The position numbers and the translations under genes are program-made. Positions 13,101 to 22,554 of a stretch of 64,000 nucleotides of DNA are shown in pieces. Numbering within the stretch: the stretch's first letter is position 1; every line of letters starts with the position of its first letter. The DNA comes from Macrostomum lignano (Eukaryota): the NCBI GenBank assembly GCA_002269645.1, contig NIVC01001763.1, positions 62,001-126,000 of the forward strand, written 5' to 3'. Below the pieces are notes generated by a model. It was not told the DNA's origin, ran no database searches, and saw only the letters and a list, made by a program, of their open reading frames with translations.

Positions 13101-14515
13101 ACACCTGCCGGCTGTGCATTACCTGGACGCGGATGAATTCGCCTTCGCGACGCTGCAGCAAGCCAAAGATTTGGTCCGCCCGCTCGCGGTCGCGGCTGGC
13201 CGCGTCGGCCTGCGGAGCGGCTTCCGCTGCGGTGGCCGCATTGGCACCCGTTGGATCGTCATCCGGGATCTGCGGGGGGGGAAGAGGGGGAGCGGAGCAT
13301 TGAGTTTGGTAGCTGGTTCGTCTGAGCGGGACCTGTGAGGCTGAACTTGAGGATCTGTGAGGCTGAACTTGAGGATCTGTGAGGCTGAACTTGAGGATGT
13401 GAGGTTGACTTGAGGATCTGGGAGGCTGAACTTGAGGATCTGGGAAGCTGAACTTGAGGATCTGGGAGGCTGAACTTGAGGATCTGTGAGGCTGAACTTG
13501 AGGATCTGGGAGGCTGAACTTGAGGATCTGGGAAGCTAAACTTGAGGATCTGGGAGGCTGACTTGAGGATCTGGGAGGCTGACTTGAGGATCTGGGAGCC
13601 TGAACTTGAGGATGTGGGAGGCTGAACTTGAGGATCTAGGAGGCTGAACTTGAGGATGTGAGGCTGAACTTGAGGATCTGGGAGGCTGAACTTGAGGATG
13701 TGAGGCTGAACTTGAGGATGTGAGGCTGAACTTGAGGATGTGAGGCTGAACTTGAGGATGTGGGAGGCTGAACTTGAGGATGTGAGGCTGAAATTGAGGA
13801 TGTGAGGCTGAACTTGAGGATGTGGGAGGCTGAACTTGAGGATCTAGGAGGCTGAACTTGAGGATCTGGGAGCCTGGTGGCGACTCAGCAACTGAGGATC
13901 TGTGAGGCTGGCCCAGCAACTGAGGATCTGCGAGGCTGGCCCAGCAACTGAGGATCTGGGAGGCTGGCCCAGCAAATGGGCATCTAGGAGGCTGGCCAAG
14001 CAACTGGGGATCTGGGAAGCTGGCCCAGCAACTGAGGATCTGGGAGGCTGGCCAAGCAACTGGGGATCTGGGAGGCTGGCCCAGCAACTGAGGATCTGGG
14101 AGGCTGGCCCAGCCACTGAGGATCTGGGAGGCTGGGCAAGCAACTGGGGATCTGGGAGGCTGGCCCAGCAACTGAGGATCTGGGAGGCTGGCCCAGCAAC
14201 TAGGGATCTGGGAGATAACATCCCAAATAAACATGCTTAAAAGTGCGGCACACCGCGTGCAAGAACTCGCAAAGCTAAGGACAGAAGCCTCACCTCAATG
14301 GAGAGATCCACACTGGAATTCTTGGAGGCGATGCCGCTGGCCGAGGAGCCGACCAAGTGCACCGTGGCCTTGGGCAGGGTCTCCGACACCAGCTCGGTGA
14401 GTCGGTCGATGGCCAGCTGTCGCTGGGCGGCCTCCTCAGCCGACAGCAAAATGCAGTTATAAAACGCCTGCAGTTGCTCGCCCAGGCTGCGGTTGGACAT
14501 GTACTCAGTGCTCAT
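10145..14515 (-). CDS. Non-canonical poly(A)/poly(U) polymerase (GLD-2/TUT family) fold, predicted catalytically inactive, with low-complexity C-terminal tail; ~742 aa
   Basis: Exons 14515-14294, 13269-12861, 12301-11869, 11309-10145; all junctions GT-AG with matching phases 0/1/2; total 2229 nt. Motifs: HLVGSSASGIASKNSSVDL (GS loop), REWALSRQL...LTGYAVALLVLFHMEQ (PAP-associated helix), LPCPVSGENAGR (NRM position). AATAAA on the minus strand about 70 nt after the stop. Confidence 0.85.
10430..10795 (-). repeat. Coding minisatellite, 33/36-bp unit (AAKKPEASGES / VVKKPEANSGES), ~11 copies
   Basis: In frame within the last exon of the NTase gene. Confidence 0.9.
11362..11860. repeat. 33-bp intronic minisatellite (NTase intron 3)
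   Basis: Unit ctgttacagacaggataacagcaactcaagagg. Confidence 0.93.
12345..12840. repeat. Degenerate ~16-bp intronic minisatellite (NTase intron 2)
   Basis: Unit agtgggtcaatgattc. Confidence 0.88.
13335..14215. repeat. Compound 22-bp plus 28-bp intronic minisatellite (NTase intron 1)
   Basis: gaggctgaacttgaggatctgg (13335-13870) followed by gaggctggcccagcaactgaggatctgg (13870-14215). Confidence 0.93.
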
Positions 14516-14694
14516 GGCTGGCGGGCTGCGAGGCTTTCTTAGAAAATGAGGAAGGAGAAAACATACTGATTTTTAAATGGGAGCACTTCCCCTAGTCTAA
14601 GTTCCAAATATTCTCTCTATTCACTATTGTTAAAAGGCAAAGCTTTTTAAATCCACAAATTCTTTTAATTGCACTATTAAGAGAATTATGCCTA

Positions 14695-15045
14695 TAGCAA
14701 TTCTTAGAAACACACAGCTTCAACCACAGCAATTCTTAGAAACACACAGCTTCAACTACAGCAATTCTTAGAAACACACAGCTTCAACTACAGCAATTCT
14801 TAGAAACACACAGCTTCAACTACAGCAATTCTTAGAAACACACAGCTTCAACTACAGCAATTCTTAGAAACACACAGCTTTAACTACAGCAATTCTTAGA
14901 AACACACAGCTTCAACCACAGCAATTCTTAGAAACACAGTTTCAACTACAGCAATTCTTAGAAACACACAGCTTCCCCTATTGCAATTCTTAGAAACACA
15001 CAACTTCCCCTATTGCAATTCATAGAAACACACAGCTTCCCCTAA
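14695..15045. repeat. 32-bp minisatellite, ~11 copies
   Basis: Unit cagcaattcttagaaacacacagcttcaacta. Confidence 0.92.
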
Positions 15046-15659
15046 GTTGCTATTGCTAAGTTGCATTAGTTATTACAAAAATGTTTTGAAATAAGGACAC
15101 GAAGCGAGAGGCACCGCATCAATCCAAAAGGAGCATAACTGTTAAAGGAAGCGACTCTTAACTATCAATTCTGAACTGGTGTACTTGCCATTTAAAATTA
15201 CTAAGTTAGTCATAAATTAGCAACCAAAAAATCATTCAACCGCAAATATCAATCTAACATTCACGGGATTATAGCGATTACAATAAATGTTTCCTCGAAC
15301 ACATGGCACAAGTAATCCACGTCGCTTCTAAAAGCAACAATATTACTGTTGCAAAAATTGATTGAATACGTTTAAGCAGTTTACAGTTACACAATTCTGT
15401 TAATTTTTTTTTAATTCTGTTTCAGAAGCCCACGAAGAGACAAAGGCTTCACCGCTGCAAAGCTGTTTGTTTGAGTCCCATTTAAACAAAAAACTTTCTA
15501 TAGTAGGATTTGAAAAGCCTAATAACAACGGACTCTCAATTAGAGGGCATTAGCACAGTTGACTCGAGTGAGCTGATGCTGGTAGAAAAAGAATGGTCCA
15601 ATTAGCGATTTGACTGTCTTAGAATTACCGTAAAGTCTTTATATAGGGTCAGGCGCTGT

Positions 15660-15876
15660 GTACTGGCGCACTTTAAGCGACATTGCCATGTCACACAACC
15701 GACGAGAGGCATTACTGCCCATTCCGACTCCTCTGAGCAGGCACACATACTTCACTGTGCCTTGCTGGCAGAGCCAAGCCGAGATTCCAATTTAGCCCGA
15801 AACTAATTTGACTGCACTTGGAATCGAGCCTGGACCGCTGGCACATCAAGAGCGCCCACCAGACCATCAGGCTCTA
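15660..15876 (-). mobile_element. tRNA-derived SINE-like repeat, family 2
   Basis: Minus strand reads GAGCCTGATGG (A-box-like) ... GGCTCGATTCC (B-box-like, 15830-15820); the body matches window positions ~1-80. Confidence 0.55.
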
Positions 15877-16077
15877 GCTGTCTAGTGAGACACTGCGAAC
15901 TAACCAAAACCAAATCAGCTTAACTTCCATGTTTCTCAATTTCAAATTTCTAATTTTAGAAATCGGTATAAAGTGACTTTTAGTAAAGACCTTTCGAGTT
16001 TGTAAAACTACCTTTCCACATGCAGCTCACTTGAGCCAACGGACCAACGGACCAATAATTACAGTAAACCAACGTCT

Positions 16078-19000
16078 TTATTTCCCAACGTCTTCTTTCA
16101 GCGTGACAGTTCGATTAAAGATAAGCCGGCCAGGCGGGCTGGAGTCCTGATCCAGATAAAAATAGCCCAGCCGCTCGAACTGCAGGCGGCGCTGAATGGC
16201 GGCAGCAGTCAGCAGGTAGCGATCGGCCAGGGCGCCGGGCTTCACCGCCAGAGAGTTCGGATTCATGGCCGCTATGAGGCCGTCGGGATGCTCCTCGGGT
16301 TCTTCATGGTGAACAGCTGCTCGTATAAGCGGACCTCCACCTGGATTGGATATTGTGTGACAGACAGAGTCGTTGCAGGTAACCCAGGTAAAAAAGAAAA
16401 GAAGTGACTCTGGACGACTCTAAAACACGACGCGATGTCACGGTACAAGTCGCCAAAAAGTAGCCTAAGAGTCAATTTGAAGCCTTTTATTGTCTGTGAC
16501 TATGAAACGACTCTTGGGCCGTAAATTTGCACTTTAAAGCCCACAGCAGACATTTATTTCAATTTTTCTCTTGCCGCAAGAAAGGGGGTTGTTCTTTCTT
16601 CAGAGTTGTTAGCCTAGTGGTTGGAGCGTCGGGCTCACGACTTGAAGGTTGGGGGTTCGATTCCCGATCCCACTGGAACAGTTTGTGTCCTTGAGCAAGA
16701 CACTCAACTCTGCATTGCTTCAGTTCACGCAGCTGTAAAATGGGTGCCAGCATTAGCAGGGGGTAATTGAGGGTGAGTGTGGCCGTATGCAGCTTTAAAG
16801 ATGCGCCGCGCAATAGCTGCGGCTGAGCCTTCGGTTGCACAACTGGCCCAATTGGGACAGGGTGTTAAAAATTGTTATTATTATTATCATTATATTGGAC
16901 CAACACTACGAAAATAGTTTTCACTTTCTTTGCTTGCTACTAAATAAGTAGCAAGCGGATTTTATCATCTTTATTCGCAATTAGGCCCGATTCCCGCTCT
17001 CACCTGCACAGGATCCGCCACCCAATGCACAAAGCATTTCGGCTTGGCCGGCAGGCTGTCCAACGGCAGACAGGCCACTCGGAGCTCGGACACCTGTCCG
17101 GCAGCGTTCCGGACAACCTGACGCACAGCGATGGCCACATTGGCGTGCTTCAGGCCGACTGGCTGGTCCTCGGTGAGCCGTTTGAACCCGGCGCCAGCGC
17201 CCGCCTTGCCGCCGTCGCGAAAATCTTCTCTCTCCAAGTAGAGCACGCCGGATGAGGCGGAGAAGCTGGCAATGGAATGCGAGCCCCGCTCCGGACTGGC
17301 CGGATAGTCTGGCACCGTCAGGGCGGCCGATTTGACGGCGTCCAGGCCTTCAACTATGGTGACCTTCAGCGGATCGAGTACAACCATGGTGCGCGGCGCC
17401 GATGTGTTAAGGATCTCTCTGGTGCAGGCGTCAAGGAGGCTGGGATCGATGTAGGCCGATGCCATGGTGACGCCAACCTTGGCGGCGAATAGGTTCACAG
17501 CTTCTGGCGGGACACCGCGGCGGCGCAGCGCTGTGAGGGTGAACAGCCTGGGATCGTCCCAGTCAGCTACAGCTTTCTTCTGCACCAGGTTGAGAATCTT
17601 CCGCTTGGACATGACCGTGTTGCAGACGTTGAGCCGGCCGTACTCCCATTGCACCGGGCAGTACAGGTCCAGCGCGTTGCACAGCCAGTAATAGGAGGAC
17701 CGGCGGTTCTGGAACTCCTGCGATTGTTGTTCACAGATGGGGGATGAGATTTGCTTGCGCGGTTGCTATGCGGTTTATAATAAGATAACTGCAGCCAGAT
17801 GAGGGATCATTGAGGGAGGCGTCAGACAGCTGAAGGATCATGGAGGGGACACTAGGACATGAATAAGTATGGAGGGGGACATTAGACACATGAAGGATCA
17901 TGGAGGGGGCATCAGACACATGAAGGATCATGGAGGGGGCATCAGACACCTGAAGGATCATGGAGGGGACATCAAACAGGGAGCAATAGCATGGAGGGGG
18001 CAATAGCCCCAAACGCCCCTAAAGGCTCACCTTGGTGCACAGAGAGTGAGTAATGTTCTCAATGGAGTCGCACAAGCAGTGGGTGTAGTCATAGGTGGGA
18101 TAGATGCACCACTTGCTGCCAGTCCGGTGGTGCCGGGCATATTTGATCCTGTAAGCCACGGGATCCTGCTTGGAGTCCTCCATAGTGAGCCGCATTCTCA
18201 GGCAGGCCTCGCCCTCCGCGTACATGCCGGCCCGCATCGCCCTGAACAGCTGCAGCGACTCCTCGGCTGGCCGATCTCGCCAAGGCGACGGCGGCGGGTT
18301 GTGGCCCTTTAGCTGGTCTGGCGACTGATGGCACACGTAGGCCTTGCCGCGCATGATGAGGCTCTCAGCCCACTCGTACAGCTGGTCGAAGTTGTCCGAC
18401 GCGTACGTCACCTGGTTGATGGAAGGGGTGTGCGGGCTTGGAGTTAGGCGTTGGAGTGACGAGAGCAGTGAATTTGGTGACCCCAGAGTGACGAGAGCAG
18501 TGAATTTGGTGACCCCAGAGTGACGAGAACAGAGAATTTGGTGAACCGGAGTGACCAGAAAAGTTTAAATCGGCGTCGGAGTGACGAGAACAGTGAATTA
18601 GGGATCGGAGTGACAAGACAGTAGTCACAACTGGCTAATAAAGTTCCACCAACCTTATAAGGCGTGTAGCCGAGCCACTCCACTATGTCACGAATGGCTA
18701 CAAAGAATTTCTCCTCCTCTTTCTCCGGATTCGTGTCGTCATATCTGAAATTTTAACAAAGCGAGGGGATTCTGGATAGGGTTCAGGGCGATTTTGGATA
18801 GGGTTCAGGGCGATTTTGGATAGGGTTCAGGACGACTCTGGATAGGGTTCAGGGCGATTCTGGATAGGGTTCAGGTCGAATCTTGATAGGGTTCAGGAGC
18901 GATTATGGATAGGGTTCAGGGGCGATTATGGATAGGGTTCAGGGCGATTATGGATAGTGATCGGGGCAATTTTGGATAGGGTTCAGGGGCGATTCTGGAT

Positions 19001-20824
19001 AGGGTTCAGGGTGATTCTGGATAGGGTTCAGGGGCGATTCTGGATAGGGTTCAGGGCGATTCTGGATAGGGTTCAGGGCGACTCTGGATAGGGTTCAGGG
19101 TGATTCTGGATAGGGTTCAGGGGCGATTCTGGATAGGGTTCAGGGCGATTCTGGATAGGGTTCAGGGGCGATTATGAGTAGGGTTTAGGGGCTTCTAGCA
19201 ATCAGCGCACCTGAGATAGCAGTGCCCGTTGTGAGCTCGCGCGTAGCCGAAGTTAAAATTGATGGCTTTAGCGTGCCCGATATGGAGAATTCCGTTGGGC
19301 TCGGGAGGGAATCTCGTGAATACCTTGCCACCAGTCTGCTCGAGGTGCCGCCCGAGCAGAAATCGAGTCCGCGGCGTCATCACGTAGCCGTCAGTAAGGT
19401 AATTTTCGCCCGGCTTGTGAAATTTGGCCGCGTCGCCGCTGATCATCTGGTCGGCCAGGGAGCGGGTCTCTTCGCGGAAGACCTCCGCGTTCCCGTTGGC
19501 GGCGGCTGCGACTGCCGCTGGCTTGCCTCTGGCAGCTGGTTGCTTAGCAACTAAAGAGGCGTTGGCGGCGCCGGTTCGGTCAGCGTCGGTCTTGGGGCCA
19601 AGCAAGTGAAGGATTTGCACCTCGAATTCGCATTTCACCTGCTTGCCGTCGGCCCATTTCAGGTTGGATCTTTGATAGCGGGGTAAAGGTGGGTAGGATT
19701 GCGTGGGACAGGATTGGCTTTAAACATTTCTTGGCTAGATATCCTACTAGATCTGAGCTAGATAACCTACTAGATCTCAGCTAGATATCCAACTAGATCT
19801 CAGCTAGATATCCAACTAGATCTCAGCTAGATATCCAACTAGATCTGAGATAGATATCCAACTAGATCTGAGATAGATATCCAACTAGATCTCAGCTAGA
19901 TATCCAACTAGATCTCAGCTAGATATCCAACTAGATCTCAGCTAGATTTCCAACTAGATCTGAGATAGATATCTTACAAGATCTGAGATAGATATCTAAC
20001 TAGATCTCAGCTAGATATCCAACTAGATCTGAGATAGATATCCAACTAGATCTGAGATAGATATCCAACTAGATCTGAGATAGATATCCAACTAGATCTG
20101 AGATAGATATCCAACTAGATCTGAGATAGATATCCAACTAGATCTGAGATAGATATCCAACTAGATCTGAGATATATATCCAACTAGATCTGAGATAGAT
20201 ATCCAACTAGATCTGAACTAGATATCCAACTAGATCTGAGATAGATATCCAACTAGATCTGAGATAGATATACAACTAGATCTGAACTAGGTAATTAGAC
20301 ACAAGCACTACCTACGCCAAGACCCCCCAGAGAAGCTGTATGGACACAAACCTGGCCTCTCCGAGAAGCTTATTTATTCCAAACGCATAACGCTGTGCCA
20401 GCAGCTCCTGCTTATGCTTATTAATCACTTCTTCTACCGCCCGTTCGATATCTTCGGGAGTGATTGACACTCCGATGCCGCAGGCGGCTTTGAAGGCGTC
20501 CAAGTCGCCGCTGCCGATTTGCTTGAGGCAAAAATCGCAGGCGGCTGTTACCTGAGCCTCCGTGGCCAGATCGCCGTTAATAATGTGGTTGACAATCAGT
20601 TCATGACCGGCAAATGCCTGCTTTTTCAGCTTAGTGCCAGTGTGGTAAATCAAATTTCCCTGCACTTTACTCAACTCCTTGGAGCCCAGCTTGTCCTTGG
20701 CGCAGCGGACCAAGGCCACTAAGCGCTCGGTGAGGTCTTTGTTTCGCATTGTTTCTTCAATCTTAGGCCCAGATAGGCCTAGACTGGCCAGACATTCATT
20801 TGCCATGCTTGTTGAAGTGCTCAT
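16078..20824 (-). CDS. QARS1: Glutamine--tRNA ligase (cytoplasmic glutaminyl-tRNA synthetase), ~793 aa if the 1-nt deletion in the last exon is restored
   Basis: Exons 20824-20352, 19669-19211, 18744-18654, 18411-18031, 17717-17004, 16340-16078; GT-AG junctions, phases consistent. Motifs [18 protein letters not shown] (HIGH), [71 protein letters not shown]. Confidence 0.97.
16603..16895 (+). mobile_element. CORE-type (MIR-like) tRNA-derived SINE in QARS intron 5, antisense to the gene
   Basis: A box TAGCCTAGTGG at 16610-16620, B box GGTTCGATTCC at 16654-16664, CORE-like tgtgtccttgagcaagacactcaactc...cagttcacgcagctgtaaaatggg at 16683-16744, (ATT)n tail at ~16875-16895. Confidence 0.8.
17795..17990. 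repeat. ~30-bp intronic minisatellite (QARS intron 4)
   Basis: Unit catgaaggatcatggagggggcatcagaca. Confidence 0.85.
18452..18620. repeat. ~32-bp intronic minisatellite (QARS intron 3)
   Basis: Unit gagtgacgagagcagtgaatttggtgacccca. Confidence 0.8.
18765..19195. repeat. 22-23-bp intronic minisatellite (QARS intron 2)
   Basis: Unit ggatagggttcagggcgattct. Confidence 0.92.
19730..20290. repeat. 23-bp intronic minisatellite (QARS intron 1)
   Basis: Unit ctagatctgagatagatatccaa. Confidence 0.93.
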
Positions 20825-21660
20825 GGAAAATAATAAGCAGATTTTTATAGTTATACAGATATAGTCTACTTCAATATTTAGCTAGATGCTTAGTCTAGAA
20901 TGAAACTATAACATAATTTTGTCTATATCATGGGTCGGCACTATTTTTTACATTAAGGGCCAGATAAAGAATTCAGTTCATGGCTGCGGGCCACATGAGA
21001 AAGGAATTAAGGCGATAAAATAGTTGAGAGATAACAGAGAGGAGAGGCTACAGCTCCTGAATAAAAAAAGATATCAACATGATTTTAACTTTGTTTTCTT
21101 TGTGACAAAATTTCCTTTCATTTGACCCATGGGCATAAAATTTTATGGCTCTATTAAAGAGCTACGTTAGACATTCCAGGAACTTTTGGGACACCCCTCA
21201 TATGTTCATTTTTCAAGTGTATTTTAGGAATCTATCTTTACTAGGTTAACTTGCTAATAGACACTTTGTCTCTAGATGCATATGAGATATACTGACAGTT
21301 AACAATTAGTAACTCTAATTATGGACAAGCATTCAAGCAAGCATACAAACCTTAGAGATTTAGTATATTTAGATAGTAACTCTAATTTAATGCCCGTACC
21401 TTGTTGCTTAAAGCAAATAAAAGTTATTTCAATCAACTTTGCCTTGTTAAAGCTCTAAAATATAAATGTCAATATAAGATAATACTTGTTATACTTTTAA
21501 AAATTATCTTTGTAACCAATATATAGTTGATCTTACTAGTTAAAATAAAAATATAGATCTCATTTATTAAATTAAAATCTAATTTTATTTATATATTTAT
21601 GTTGTAGACTTTTTGCCTAAATGTCTTTCTTTTGTTGCTAAAGAAATAGGGTTATTACCT

Positions 21661-21710
21661 TATGGTTAGAGCATTAGACTTATGACTGAAAGTTTAGAAA
21701 TTTAATTCCC
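21661..21710 (+). mobile_element. Decayed tRNA-head fragment of the CORE-SINE family
   Basis: tatggttagagcattagacttatgactg...tttaattccc aligns to the 16615-16665 head, with the CpGs mutated. Confidence 0.55.
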
Positions 21711-21829
21711 TATTGTAGCCAATGACCATTATCAGATAATGTCTAGCACAGCACAGATTGGTCTCTAGCAATGAATATAGTCAGGTGTGCTGGTATAGTC
21801 TAGCAAAAAGGAAAAGGGAGCATCCCACA

Positions 21830-21934
21830 ACAGCATAGTTTAGAACTTGGCTGCAATAGGTTTGATTCTTAATCTTAATTTTTGTCCTTAAGCAGGACAC
21901 TTAACTTTGCTTGCTCCAGTTCACCTAGCTATAC
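21830..21934 (+). mobile_element. Decayed CORE-SINE copy
   Basis: B box remnant GGTTTGATTCT at 21859-21869, followed by tttgtccttaagcaggacacttaactttgcttgctccagttcacctagct. Confidence 0.65.
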
Positions 21935-22554
21935 CAATATTAGCTAAGATAAGTAAAAGTGTATATGTCAAGCCCTTAATCCTTGGACTGAACAGCCATG
22001 TGCAACCTTTAGATATACTATAGAATAACTATAGCTAAGCTGTCAATTGCATAATTGTCCATTAGGGCCTATGCAATCAATTATTTTTATTATTTTTATT
22101 GTAAATAGCTTGCAAATGCCAATATGGCAACTACTAGAACCTATCAACAAAAATGTTTATTACTTGCCCCTAATTTTTACTATAGAATATCTGTTGCCAA
22201 GTCTTATTGTTGGCTTCTAGTGAATTTGATGACAAGCTATTTTGGCAATAGCCAATTTGGCAAATGCTTAAGTTAAAAGAAAGCTATGACACTTTTATTA
22301 AAATTCAACATATTGTCATTAGACATTAGTCCTTGCCACTGAAATTAAGGTAATTTAGATGTAGTCATATTAAATAATACATTTTCAAAATGATGTCTAT
22401 AAAAGCTATACTATGCCTCTTTAGAGTATTTAACTAATAGCTAAATTAACAACTTATACATAAAACATTAGTAGAAGCTTAGACTTATACTAAATTTACA
22501 AGGGCTTATATAGACTTATACTAAAAATCAAAGTTTTTTAAAATAAATTTAACT

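Noticed and set aside
16603-16675. Possible tRNA-Val(CAC) gene
   Set aside because: The acceptor stem does not close and there is no T-run terminator; the sequence continues into a CORE domain and tail, so it is a SINE head.
20929-21131. Possible hAT MITE (CATGGGTCGGC ... TTTGACCCATG)
   Set aside because: Only an 8-bp terminal match and the flanks show no 8-bp TSD; left uncalled.
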